Positions 25,127-37,934 of a stretch of 64,000 nt of DNA are shown one piece after another (position 1 is the stretch's first letter; each line of letters opens with the position of its first letter). Below the pieces are notes generated by a model. That model worked only from the letters and a program-made list of their open reading frames with translations. It had not been told where the DNA came from and did no database searches. The position numbers and the translations under genes were made by a program. The DNA is from Octopus vulgaris. Taxonomy: Eukaryota. The stretch is from contig OX597815.1 of the NCBI GenBank assembly GCA_951406725.2, forward strand, positions 129,704,001 to 129,768,000, in the 5' to 3' direction.

Positions 25127-27150
25127 TATATATTTACATACTCTTTTATTCTTTTACTCATTTCAGTGCTGGTGCACTGCCTTTAGTCGTATAAACTGAC
25201 TTGAGGACTTATTCTTTGTAAGCCTAGTACTTATTCTATTGCTCTCTTTTGCTGAACTGCTAAGTTATGGGATGTAAACACACCAATATTGGTTGTCAAG
25301 CGATGCTGGGGGTGGGGGGGGGACAAACACAGACACACACCTATATCTATATATATATACAACGGGATTCTTTCAGTTTCTGTTTACCAAATCCACTCAC
25401 AAGACTTTGGTTGGCCTGAGGCTATAGTAGAAGACACCTGTCCAAGGTGTCACACAGTGAGACTGAACCCAGAGCCATGTGGTTGGTAAGCAAGCTACTT
25501 ACCACACAACTCCCACATCATAAAAGATATAAACATCGGTGAGAAACCAATGAAACTCACTGGTGGTGAAACCACCACCATCCTCATTTGACGTCTGCCC
25601 TTAAAGAAACATAGCAGATTGCCATGAATGGTGGCAGGGGCACTGTTACAAGTGACAGGCTATGCCAGTTTGCAATACAGAGATCAAACCTTTAACAGGC
25701 CACTGAAGGAGTAGTGGTGACTGTTAATATGTAATATTAATATTACCCAAGCTTTTCCCCCTTACATTTCCTCTTACTAACTATGGTTGAATTCACTTCA
25801 TTCTATAGTAACTGTGAAACAATCAATACTTAATAACATGTACAAGCAATGTACTTCAAGTAACAGAGCTGATTTACCCGATACTATGGTGATAATAAAA
25901 TCCAGTTGTCAACTATAGACAGTACTATTGATTAAATAGATATTGTACTATCATATTTGACACCAAACATTATTTGCTATGACAATTTTATTGTGAAGTT
26001 TCAATGAAGGTATTTTGTTTTATTTTATCTTTGAAAAACAAATTATTTTCACGAATTGTATACAAGTCTTCATGAAAGAGGCTTAGGTATGGCTGTATGG
26101 TTAACAAGTTTGCTTTCCAACCATGTGGTTGAGAGGTTCAGTCCCACTGCATGTCACCATGGGTCAGTACTTTCTATTATAGACTTGGGCCGACCAAAGT
26201 ATTCTGAATAGATTTGATAATTGGAAACCGAAAGAAGCCTGCTATATGTTTGCAAACATATATGTGTGTGAATGTGAGTGAGTGTGTGTATTTTCTTGTC
26301 TTGATATTGTATAATAGCTGTAAACAAGTGATGCTGCCATACAAATGGTGTCATTTGTTTCCAGTGTTCTGTGAAAACATGTCTGGCTATGGGGAAAATA
26401 TTTTGCTAGGAAACAAGTGAGAGTTGGCAACAAGGAGGGCATCTCATAGAAAATCTAATTAAAAACACCAACCCATGCTAGCATGAAAAATGGATGTTAA
26501 AATGATTATGTTGAACTTTGAAGTTCATATTTGATTTCTATAGAGTTAATCAAATAAGTGATATATCTTCTCTCTTTGCCAGCTGGTATTACTATATGTC
26601 TCTGCTAAAGCATGACACCCTCTATCATACTTATCACCTGGCATAAAAGCCACTTCCCTCAATTCTACTCCCTGCCTTAATTGAGGGGATTTGTCATCTA
26701 AGTTACTTGGTGACCTCATTAGAGTAAGTGATATATAAAAATCAGCCATCATAATCTGTAAAGTGCTTTGCTGTTAGGAAGGGCATCCAGCTGTTACAGC
26801 CTCATCAGAGCAGACGCTAGAGCTTGGCACAGTCCTCCAGCTTACCAGCCCCTATTGAGCCACCCAACCCACATCAGTATAGAAAATGGACATTAGATAG
26901 TTTTAATAATATTCCTCTGGCTAGGAATCTAGTCTATCACATGTGCTTTCTCTGATGTATTCCAATTCTTCCAATGGTTAGGTAAACTGAGGTATGAAGA
27001 ATAGTGTTCCTACCCAGAGACAACACTTCAAACTTCCTGAGTGGATATGAAGAGAAGAACCATAAATTAATAGACTAATAATATTTAATGATTCACATCT
27101 ACAAGGAAGATATAGTAGAGAGAGAAAAAAGCAAATGCTTATAGTCTTGG

Positions 27151-27378
27151 TTAACCCTTCTGTTACTATATACCTGTTGCAATATACTGCTGTTATTTCA
27201 ATTAATTTTGAAATTAATGAAGACTTTATTAAAATAACTGACATTATTATGCTAATATTTGGAATTTAAATTCAAATGATATTTTGATGGAAGGGTTTAA
27301 CTCAAAGCACTTTAAAACATGAAATCTGTAGCATAGGACCAGGGATGGTCTCAGACAGTCTGGAATCAAAAGGGTTAA
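27151..27378. mobile_element. piggyBac-type (TTAA) MITE
   Basis: ttaa-ccctt ... aaggg-ttaa ends. A homologous copy lies at 47805-48031. Confidence 0.7.
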
Positions 27379-28443
27379 GAACTTTGTTTTTCAAGTGGGT
27401 TTCAGTTTCAATTCCACTGAACTGCATCTTAGTTAAGCATATTCTATTGTAGCTTCAGTTTGTCCAATACCTTGTGAGCAGAATTTAGTAAATGAAAACT
27501 ATGCAGAAGCCTCTATATACACACACATACCTTTGATCAAAGTATATCACCAGTGCTTTGTGAATGAAATCTTTCACCATCTTCATCATCCAAATCATTT
27601 TACATTTGCTTTCCACATTGCATAGGTTTGTGAGTCATCATGAGCCATGTCAGTCCTTATATGGAATTACTGGGCTCTTAGTTCTACTGAAGGTCCACAA
27701 CTTGCTCATACATTTCTACTTTGACATGGGGTCTATGGTGGCTGGATGTCTTTCCTATCACTGGTGGCATCAGCACTAGAGATTTGTCATGTCCTCAGCA
27801 AGCTCTTGTGATATGTTCTGCATTGAGTTAGACACTCTCTTTTCACTCTTGTAGCGAACAAGTGATTAGCCTGTTTTTCCAATTAATGACTATTATTCAC
27901 AAATTACAATATAAAATAAATGAAGAGTTAGTGATTAGCCTCAAACTTTTCATTAAAAGCAGATGAGAAACAAATAGTCTCTTGGATAGGATGTCAGTTA
28001 TCACCAGTGTATTCATGCATAATTTAGCAGCTAGGTGAGAAGTGAGCTGTTAAATTCAGTGTAATTCTATATAGACATTGAAATGTCTGGAGTGAGTTTG
28101 AACTTAAGATCTCTGAATTGACAGTCCAAAATCATATTCATCAGGCAAAATGGTTTCCCCTTAATTTTAATAGAAACTTTAACATTTATGCCCTACCCTA
28201 ATGCATTAATAACACAAACAAAGCAAAATGGCTTCAATTCATAATTGAAACCAAGCTGAAGACATAGTTTGTCATGAACGCACTTCCTGTTGTATGGTTC
28301 TCACCAATTATTGATTATTGGGTCAGTTAATTATAAGCAAGTTTCTTGTAATCAAGTGGTCATTTTACTTTCTAGAATATTTACTGTCACAATACACCTG
28401 TGTGATCATATATACCTGTATAATAGGTACATACCATACTTAC

Positions 28444-28616
28444 AGTCAGGTTGATAGACTGCAACAAAGAAGTAAGTAACTCTATACATTCTCTGTGCAC
28501 AAGTTCTTTCATAATGCTGCTGTTACCAGACAGAAGCTTAAGAGTTCCAACACAATATGTCAGAGCTTCAGAACAGGACACTGGATCTGATATAGGAACC
28601 ACCTGCAGCAGCTGAG
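28444..28616 (-). CDS. ARMC2: ARMC2 coding exon 9
   Basis: QLLQVVPISDPVSCSEALTYCVGTLKLLSGNSSIMKELVHRECIELLTSLLQSINLT (EA..YC.G..K..SGN motif). Acceptor ttcag, donor gtaagt. Confidence 0.93.
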
Positions 28617-29399
28617 CTGAAATAAGAAACAACATTAATTACAATACATTATAATGACTTGGATGTAAATGTAACTGAAACAGTAGACACATCACAGTGT
28701 TTAAATTTTGTTAATGTACTTTCATCATCATTATCGTTGTTTTAATGTTCACTTATTCATGTTTATATGAGTCAGACGGAATTTATTGAGGTAGATTATT
28801 TTTACACCTGGATGCCTTTCCTGTTTCCAACACTAACTTGATTCCAAGCCAAGAAATATTTTCCCATAGCTGGACATAGTATTCATGGAAGACTGGAAAT
28901 GAGCAACATTGCTTGTATATGTTGAAACTTGTTTAGAACCATCAATGTGATGTCAAGAAAGGACAGACAGACAGACACACACACATCTGAATCTATATAC
29001 AATGGGCTTTTTTCAGTTTCCATCTACCAAATCCACTCACAAGGCCTTAGATGGACTAGATATTTAGTAGAAGACACTTTCCCAAGGTGCTGTAGCATGG
29101 GACTGAACCTAAACCTACAAGGTCGGAAAGCATGCTTCTTTACTACACAGCCATACCTGCATCTGGGTTCAAATTTCACCATCAACTCTGCATTTCCCCC
29201 CACCACATAGCAGTTATCCAGCCTACTATAACCTTCCCTATCACAAGTATCCTTCATATGTTATATATATAGTTACTGCACAGTGGTAGTTACCAATAGT
29301 TGCCATAGAAACCATGTCAAAAATAAAATGCATGAGCAAGACATGTTCCTCCAACCCAAAGTCTAAGAGTCCAGTTATTCCACATAAGAATTAACTAGC

Positions 29400-30020
29400 A
29401 CCATGATGATCCCTCACCAGCCTAAGTGCACAAATGAAAGGACAACCACAAAGTTCTTGCTGGAGAACTGTTAACCAGGTGACATAACAAATGTCAGAGG
29501 TGGTTGTAGTGAAAGTTTAGTAGCAAGAGTAAGGAAGAGGTGGGAGTAATTCAAAGAGGCATTACATCTGTTTGCAACAAAAAGGCTTCTCTTTTAATGT
29601 TAAAGACAAACTGTGCAAGACATGTGTGAGAAGAGTGATTTTATATGATAGTGAGAGATCAATAATAAATTGGGAGGACTTATGGAGAGTGATGAGAAAC
29701 AAGTGAAGCATGAGTTGGTCAATGTACCATATCAACTTATATGGAGCACAAACTAAATAGAGTGTGGCTAAGAGCTAAGAGTGTGACTAAAAGCTAATTG
29801 TAAGGTGAAGAGCAAAAAGTGTGGTTACATATTTAAAAGCATGAAGGGAGACATAAAGGCATTTGATGTGAATGGATGGTGAATGATGGATGGAAAATGT
29901 GGTAGATACTGAAAGAGAAAGACTGAGAATGACATGGGAAATACAAGTAGCAAGGTCAAATCTTAGGTTACAGTGCATTATCGATGGAATGACAAAAGAC
30001 TATAAGGAATAACAGCATGA
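29400..30020 (+). mobile_element. Old degraded RTE LINE ORF fragment
   Basis: Decayed RTE-like coding remnants (..ARVR..W......L....G.....K..L...CVR.V.LY.SE; later gtggttacat..aaaagcatg and gaatgacatgggaa). Confidence 0.5.
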
Positions 30021-31619
30021 CATGTAGCATGTGATGGAGGTATGTGGCTTAGAAGTTAAGGTGTCAGACTTATGATCGTAAGATTGTGGTTTTGATTCCT
30101 GGACTGGGTTAAGTGTTGCATTCTTGAGCAAAACACTTCATTTTACGTTGCTCTAGTCCACACAGCAGGCAAAAATGAGTATTCCTGAGATGGACAGGCA
30201 TTCCATCCAGTGGGAATATATGCACCACAGAAATTGGGAAACTAGCCTTATGAGCCTATACAACTCAGGAAGAATTTTTATCCTTATATTTTTAAGCAAG
30301 CATGGGAAACACATTAGAATTATGATGATAACAATAATGATACAATACATGAACAATGAGTTAACAGAAACAGCTGGGCATTTATAGTGTTGTAGCTTTG
30401 TAAAAAAAAAATAAAAAAAAGGAAAAATCTATAATCATACCATTAACATAACGACTTTCAAGAATAATTTGTTTGATAATTTTCTAATGCAGCCTTCAAA
30501 AAGGAGGGGAAAAATGTTTCAAGGAGTTATTCACACCAAATATACTTATCCTGTATGATATTTGAATATCATTTATCTGAAATAGCTGGTGCTGCTTTTT
30601 AAATATGCTATAACAAATACCCTTGTAATTCAATGATCTATTTTATATATATATTTAGGTGTTTTATTATATACAAGCATTGATTTTATTTTCCTGATTA
30701 AGCACATTTTTCATAAAGGATGCGTATAATTGATTGAATTGATTTTTATCAGCTTCAAAGACAAGAAACGCAACACTGTTCCTAGAGAGACAAGATGATA
30801 TGACTGCAATGAATTTAGGAAAATCTTCCAGTGATTTTACCCATACTCTTCTTTTGATATGTAGAAATATAAAAATTTTTCTTTACAAGATTTTTGTATA
30901 TTACTTTCTCTTGTATTATCATTAAAATGCCTACTTTTTCATGCTTGTGTGGGTGAAATGAGAGCATGGCGCAGAGGCTTCTACAGTCAAATAGTCTTCC
31001 TGTTACCAACCTCCATATTTCCAAGTGAGTTAATATACAACAACAAACAGCCCAGACATTTATGTGGAGAACTGGAAACAAACACCATATGAATAAGCCA
31101 TTTGTTTACAAAGATTGTGCAACATGTCAAGACATGCTTAAGATACCTGGACATGTTTTCATGGTGGACTGTGAGCAAATGACACAACAAACACACACCA
31201 TGAAAATGAGGGACATATCGACTCACCCAGACATACATACACACACACATATATATATATATATATCCATCAGCTAAGTTATGATGAAGTTATTTTACTA
31301 ACTTCATTATTTTCAAAATTAATTGAAACAATGACAGTGTTTTTTAATAGAAATATGGTAATACAAGGGTTTATCTGTCTGTTGTTCTATAATAGTGTAT
31401 AATGGTTAAGGTCAATAGACTATCTCACTTCAGACAATTAATATATTAGACAAACAATGAAATAATTATGACTATAATTCATAAAATAATTACGAAATAC
31501 TAACAATATTAATCATTAAATTTTGTGTTTAAAAACAACATAAGGAGTTTAATCCCTATTAGGAATATATTTAAACTATTGAAGAAAAATGATGAAAAAC
31601 GAAGAAATTTAAATAATAC

Positions 31620-31722
31620 CAAGGATGTGTCCTTTCAAAAATAAGGGGTCATTCTGTTCATTGCGGCTGACTTTGAAAACCAATTTACAGGTGCTAAGGA
31701 GATTCTTGCCTGTCACTCGAAA
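31620..31722 (-). CDS. ARMC2: ARMC2 coding exon 8
   Basis: FRVTGKNLLSTCKLVFKVSRNEQNDPLFLKGHIL matches the conserved KNLL..CKL.FK.SRNE.ND. Acceptor tctag, donor gtatta. Confidence 0.93.
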
Positions 31723-31811
31723 CTAGAAAAAAATGTAAAAATGAAGAAATATTAAAGAAGATAAATGTCATTTGATTTTCAGTGAATAATAATGATGATG
31801 ATGATGATAAT

Positions 31812-32292
31812 AATAATAATTGCCCTGATGCAATACCAGGCAGTGGCTCTCAAGGCTGCTGATCTTAACTGATTGGAAGTGTTATCATGTACATTGTTTT
31901 GTCTTGGTATAAAAGATGGGTGACAGCAAATATTCTGCTTAATATCACAGATTTGCTTGTCAGTTGCTTGACCGTAACCAGTTGAGCATGTCCCTTAGTG
32001 GATGACGATATGTGCATCTTTGATCACAAGCAGAAGTAGTGGGGGAGCATCATAGCCATGTGTTGAGAGGGATTTTTTGGGGTTTGAATAATTCACCTCT
32101 GGAAACATGGATGTTTTGTTCAACATCTTTAAACAACCCTTATTCAGGGACCTTTTGAGCAGGATGGGCTACTAGACCAGAAGAAAATTCTAACTAGGCC
32201 CCACCTGCAAGGTCATGTGCTGTTTATCTTGATACGAGATCACCATGTCACGCACATATGGTTGTGATGCATGTGCCTAGTGTACCCTTATC
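31812..32292. repeat. Interspersed repeat family C, interrupted by a Penelope remnant
   Basis: 32140-32292 matches 4998-5165 (ttattcagggaccttttgagc...gtgtacccttatc). Confidence 0.75.
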
Positions 32293-32686
32293 TGTCGAAT
32301 GTAGATAATGTAAATAATGTCCATAATTCCTCATCTCTTAAATATAGAACTATATTATCTAATCAGTACGAATCTGACATTAGACTTCAATGGAGACATA
32401 TAGAGAAACTCCATCAAAAACTAGCTTGTCTTTCAAACCATCTAACTTTCTTATGTAGATGTAGACTCTCAAAGCTAATACCACCTGGCTTGAATATAAT
32501 GACACCAGTTGATTCACATAAAGCTAAAAGAGTAGCGGAAAGGGCAGGACATTCCCTCCAGGAATGAGAACCCAGGTTTGAAATTTCCCCAAGACACCTG
32601 AAGAAGACTGGAAGGTATATCAGCCGAAACGCTGTGTTAACAACAAACAAGATGAGGACAAATATCCGTCGAATGTAAATAATGTA
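32293..32686 (+). mobile_element. Penelope-like remnant: ORF N-terminus plus pLTR with minimal hammerhead motif
   Basis: LSNHLTFLCRCRLSKLIPPGL is a PLE N-terminal motif. The direct repeat gtcgaatgta.ataatgta appears at both ends, and CTGAAGA...CCGAAAC lies at 32598-32630. Confidence 0.75.
32594..32638 (+). ncRNA. Minimal type I hammerhead ribozyme-like motif
   Basis: gacac-CTGAAGA-agactg-gaaggtatat-cagcc-GAAA-cgct-gtgtt. Stem I is gacac/gtgtt and stem II is gactg/cagcc; the stem III/cleavage triplet carries a substitution. Confidence 0.6.
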
Positions 32687-32854
32687 AGATATTTCAGGTC
32701 AAGAAATTATTTAAACAGTGATGTCTAAGTTACAAAAATATGACTTTATTAAAAATTTGAAGAAATATAACCAGACAGATTCATCTCCATGAATTTCCAT
32801 TGTTTCCAAAGATATTCAGAAAATTCAAAAAATTTTAGAAGTGTTGAAACTTAC

Positions 32855-33030
32855 AGCTAATATAATTTCTGCCATAGAAAGCAACACATCTGCATTATCA
32901 AAATCCAATAACTTAAACACAGCTTTTAAGATGGTTGAGCGTTGTTTGTAGTTTCTACCAAACAAATTTTCCTTCTCCAGTAAATTGTATAAACTTTCAG
33001 CTGTGGAGCATATCTGGTCCGCAGCTTTTC
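32855..33030 (-). CDS. ARMC2: ARMC2 coding exon 7
   Basis: KAADQICSTAESLYNLLEKENLFGRNYKQRSTILKAVFKLLDFDNADVLLSMAEIILA. Acceptor cgcag, donor gtaagt; 176 nt. Confidence 0.92.
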
Positions 33031-34149
33031 CTGCGTAAAATACAACAATGGATAAAAGATGAAATATTAGCAGGAGAGAATAATTAAAATTATGAGTAAA
33101 TTAATATGGTATTAATTAATTAACAATTAACTACACTCAAGTAGAAATCAAACATCATTATCTAATATGTCATTAACATTTAATTATACTCATGAAGACA
33201 AAAAAATCATTATCTCATTTGTAAAAGGAATACAGGTTATTATACCCACCTGCCTGCTTGCTTTCCTATCATCATCTTTGTTTTTATGTGTAATTATATA
33301 TAAAACATGAAGAATCATGGTTTATATATAAAGATCATACATCTTTCAGTAGAGGAACATGACATTTCATTTTACAAAGAAAAGGTGGACATTTCAAATT
33401 TTCACACTATCCAAAGAAGTACTTGGCTATAAGTCTACAGTATCAATCACTCATTGATGGATAGGACTACTGAAGAAAACTCAAGTAATTCATAATGACT
33501 GAACATCTTCAAACATTTTCCATCATGTTTTCTATTTATATAGACTAACACGGAGAAGAGGATTTTTGTTTGAATATTTGTTTTTAAAACTGGATGAATT
33601 TCCAATTTCTAAATTTTATAACCATGAAATACATATAGACACTATTTTGACAACTAGGTAAATTGAAGTAAGTGTAGTTATGCACTTCAAGTCCCTTGCC
33701 ACACACAGTACTGACAAGCTATGTGGTTATGCAGTCTGATAGAAACAATAGCTAAATTTCCCTCAAATTACATGACTTAAAAAAAATTCTAGATACCTGG
33801 TATGATGAAAATATGGTATGATCATGGCAGATTTTTGATCATAAGCCTGCTCAGGGCAGATCTGGGGTTAAACAACAGACCGATTGATGTAAGCTTGAAA
33901 CTAATAACCAAGTAATTCAATAGTCTAGCATGCTGACCCCACAGCCATTGTACTTCTAACCTAGAATAAAATTCTAATTGATTATTAAAAATACTAAGAC
34001 AGTGATTGTTGAGGTGGTGATAATTGTAATAATGACAACATTGTTGGTTGTATATAATGACAATGTTCTGTCATGCTTTAATTATTTATTAAGCTTATAA
34101 TAATTTAATAAAGCAGTTTTATAGTTTTCTTGTAAATAGAACTGAAAAC

Positions 34150-35010
34150 AGTACTGCTGGTTCTGGTCTAGCAGAGGTACTAGGCTGGACTGCTTCAGAT
34201 GCATGCAGAACAATGGAACTGTACTGCATGCATTCATAGAGTGTCCAAGCTTTGCTGGTATGTGGAGTTATGTCAAACAGATGTTGTTGCATCATCATCA
34301 TTATCGTTTAACGTCTGTTTTCCATGCTGGCATGGGTAGGACAGTTTGACTGAGGTCTGGAGAGCCAGCGGCTGCACCAGGTGCCAATTTGATCTGGCAA
34401 TGTTTCTACAGCTGCATGCCCTTCTTAACGCCAACCACTGAGAGTGTAGTGGGTGCTTTTTATGTGCCACTGGAGTCTGGCAATAGGCTGAGTCCATCAT
34501 AAGGATTGTTCTACTACCCATCTTTAACAACAGAAGGTAGGTGAAAGAGACTGTATGGTAGTCAAGGTCAAAAGGATTTAGAAAAGACACCGTTTTTGAT
34601 CACGTCCTCAATTTCTTTGGAAAAGAAAGTTGAGGAAGAAGAGAGAAGTGCTCTTACTAAGTGAATTTGTCAAAGGGTAGATGATTATGGCAAAAATGGT
34701 CAGAGGACTACAGTTAATCTAAGCATGTGCCTGTAGATTGGAGAATAACAGTTGGGTGAGGACTTGTGCCCTTGGTGGATGGGGTGATCCTAGATCTGTA
34801 TGATTCCTTCAATGACCCTAGTTGGAAGTTCTTCTGTATCAGGAGGGCAGCACCATAGATGTGTTCACATATTTTGTATATGTCTATCTCATTTTACCCT
34901 CCTCTCCCTTTCTTTCTCATCTTCTATGTAAACCCTCACACAAATTGTAAACTGTGCTCGTAATGTACTCCTTCATCAGATATGCCCTGCCACATGGCAA
35001 ACAAAAGAAA
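34150..35010 (+). mobile_element. L1/Tx1-clade LINE 3' remnant split by an RTE-tail insertion
   Basis: DCFRCMQNNGTVLHAFIECPSFAGMWSYVKQML is the C-terminal CxxC..T..H....C......W zinc finger of L1/Tx1 ORF2. It resumes after the 34290-34470 insert with VKETVW*SR. Confidence 0.72.
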
Positions 35011-35255
35011 TTCTTCTTCTTCTTATTAAGGCAGTGAGCTGGCAGAATCATTAGTACACTGGACAGGATGCTCAGCAGCATTTCATCTGTCTTCACGTTC
35101 TGAGCTCAAATTCTGTTGAGGTCAATTGCTTTTCATCCTTTCAGGGTCAACAAAGTAAGTACTGCGGTGGATGGAATCAACTATTCCTTTCCCCACAAAT
35201 TTTAGGCCTTGTGCTTATATTATAAATTATTATTATTATTATTTTAAATACCTAC

Positions 35256-35342
35256 TTTCTTTGTGGTAAAATAAATTATCTAGTAATGGGTTGATATTCA
35301 GGTCAAAGAAACTCGACTCTTCAGTAATTTCTTCATTGATTT
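35256..35342 (-). CDS. ARMC2: ARMC2 coding exon 6
   Basis: (K)INEEITEESSFFDLNINPLLDNLFYHKE aligns by eye with EVFWNTRIVPILREL. Acceptor tgcag, donor gtaggt; phase 1 to 1. Confidence 0.82.
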
Positions 35343-35857
35343 CTGCAAAATGATAAAAATAAACAGTGCCAGCAATTGATAAATTTACTGAGAGGTTAAA
35401 ATTACAAAAAAAAATCTTTTAAATCCATTTTCTCTGGCACTCCATGGGTTACAAGGATGAGGGTTCTAGTTAATATGATTAACAGAACAACCTGCTTATG
35501 AAATTAATGTGCAAGTGGCTGAGCACTCCACAAACACATGTATCCTTAATGTAGTTCTCAGGGAGATTCAGTGTGACACAGAATGTGACATGACCGGCCC
35601 TTTGAAATACAGGTACAACTCATTTTTGTCAGCTGAATGAACTGGAGCAACATGGAATAAAGTGTCTTGCTCAAGGACACAATGCACTGCCGAGAATCAG
35701 AATCACAACTTTACAATCATGAACCAAGCACCCTAACCAGTAAGCCCAGTGCCTTCACCATTCACACTCTGATCAGGAAAACAAAGCAAACAGAAAAAAA
35801 CAACAACAATGACTATAGTGGGAGTGATGGTGGGGGTAAAAAAACATTACTACTTAC

Positions 35858-35922
35858 TGTCAGTATTTACAAGATGTTGTTTAGAACCATCTTGGTTGAT
35901 ATGTTCATCCTCATTAACGACA
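35858..35922 (-). CDS. ARMC2: ARMC2 coding exon 5 (poorly conserved linker)
   Basis: (H)VVNEDEHINQDGSKQHLVNTD. Acceptor tacag, donor gtaagt; 65 nt, phase 2 to 1, which is what the flanking exons require. Confidence 0.68.
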
Positions 35923-37465
35923 CTGTAATGACGAGCAATTGATATAAATCAATGAATCAGATGTAAAATTATCAAGCAGAATTACGACAACACTTTCTCA
36001 CATTTATAGCCATGCATTTTTCTATTTCATGGGGAATTGGAAAATTGGTTTCATTTTTATGTCTGCTTTTCCCATGCTGCGAAAAAACACATAACATTAG
36101 CTCACTGTCTAATATTCTTTTAATTTTGTTGTGTCTGGGGAGAGTCATTCTGTTTTAATGCCTTATTAATTAACACACACACCGGTTCAATTTCTACTCA
36201 TTTACATTTTTTTGCTAAAATTTTCATTGCTTCTTGCAACCTCTTCCATAGTTGTTGACTGCCCGTTATTGGATCTATGTTCTTTTAGTAAATATGGGAG
36301 ATAATTCTAGACATGTTTTGGTATTATTACACTTCATCAGCAAATCATAGGCATAACTGTACTTACTGAAGTAGTGATGAGAGAATCTCTATGAAGATGT
36401 ACAATATTTTGCTAGAGTATGCATGAAAATTAGAATAACTAAACGTATATAATTAAATAAACCACTGAGGTTAATTACACAGAGTATACTCTGTAAAGTG
36501 GTTGGAATCCAGCTGTAAAAACCATGCCAAATCATATAGTGGAGCTTAGTGCAGTCCTCTGGCTTGCAAGTTCCTGTCAAACCATCCAACCTATGCCAGC
36601 ATAAAAGATGGACATTAAATGATGATGATGTCATCTGCATTTAAAACAATAGTTAACTTAGTGCTAACATATTTAATGTAGCATCTATGAAAACCCTCAT
36701 TAGAAATACTTGTGTGGTGAAGGAAAAACAACTGCTGAAGCAAGGCACTGACTGAATGTGCACAATGTGGTTACTTGACCTTTGGCTTCTCACCACCACC
36801 ACCACCACTTTTGCTTTTCCATGCATGCGTATGTTGGAAAGGTTTACTGGAGACAGTGTTCTGCGGCTGTATACCCTTTCTATTGCTGACCCTTTAAGTC
36901 ACATGACACACAGGGATGCATTGCATCTGTTCTAAAACCAGGATATATTCAGTAAGTTTTTATTTATCCTTTTAATCTTTTACTTGTTTCAGTCATTAGA
37001 CTGGGGCCATGCTGGAGCATTGCCTTGAAGAATTTGTAGCTGAATGAATCGATCCTAGCACTTATTCTATTGGTCTCTTTTGCCAAACCACTAAGTTATA
37101 GGGATGTAAATACAATACTGGTTATCAAGTAGTGGTGTAGGACAAACAGAGACACAAAGACAAACGTGTGCACACTCACATATCTATACACGATGGGCTT
37201 CTTTCAGTTTCCATCTATCAAATCTACTCAAAAGGATTTGGTCATCTGAGGCTATAGCAAAAGACATTTGCCCAAGGTGTCACACTGTGGGACAGAACCT
37301 GGAACTATGTGGATGGGAAGCAAGCTTCTTACCACACATCCACCAATTTTTTAAATTTTCATTTCATTTCATTTATTTTGTTTGCCCTTACATCACCTCA
37401 TTCACAACATGAAAAACAGTAAGAGAGAGTGAGAGAGAGAAAGAGAGTGAGGACTTTCAACTTAC

Positions 37466-37541
37466 TGTTCAGAAGTTGCTCTCTTCGAGGCTTGTGTTTT
37501 GTCTTTTCCATCTCTTGTTTCTTTGTTTCTTCTCACTTTTT
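37466..37541 (-). CDS. ARMC2: ARMC2 coding exon 4 (poorly conserved linker)
   Basis: (E)KVRRNKETRDGKDKTQASKRATSE. Acceptor ttcag, donor gtaagt; 76 nt, phase 1 to 2. Supported by phase fit rather than homology. Confidence 0.68.
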
Positions 37542-37887
37542 CTGAAGATTATAAAGAATTATGAAAGATAGCTTGGTTGGTCAAATATTTTTTTCATGAA
37601 TGGAATATAATCATATAATATTTAATAAAAAAATATATAAAAATAAAACAAAGTTATGACATAATATATAGTATATCATATATGTTTGGAATATTCTTTT
37701 ATTTGTTTCAGCCATTTGACTGTGGCCATGCTGGAGCACTGCCTTTAGTCAAACAAATTGATCCTAGGACTTATTCTTTGTAAGCCTAGTACTTATCCTA
37801 TGTGTCTCTTTTTGCCAAACTGCTAAGTTATGGGGACATAAACGCAGCAACATTGGTTGTCAAGTGATGCTGGGGGGACAAACAAAG

Positions 37888-37934
<47 letters not shown>

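Noticed and set aside
29299-29312. Consensus-matching X-box GTTGCCATAGAAAC
   Set aside because: It is deep in an intron and overlaps repeat-derived ccatagaaaccatg sequence, so it is probably coincidental.
35252-35255. Alternative donor gtattt 4 nt downstream of the exon 6 donor
   Set aside because: It would put exon 7 out of frame; gtaggt gives the correct phase.
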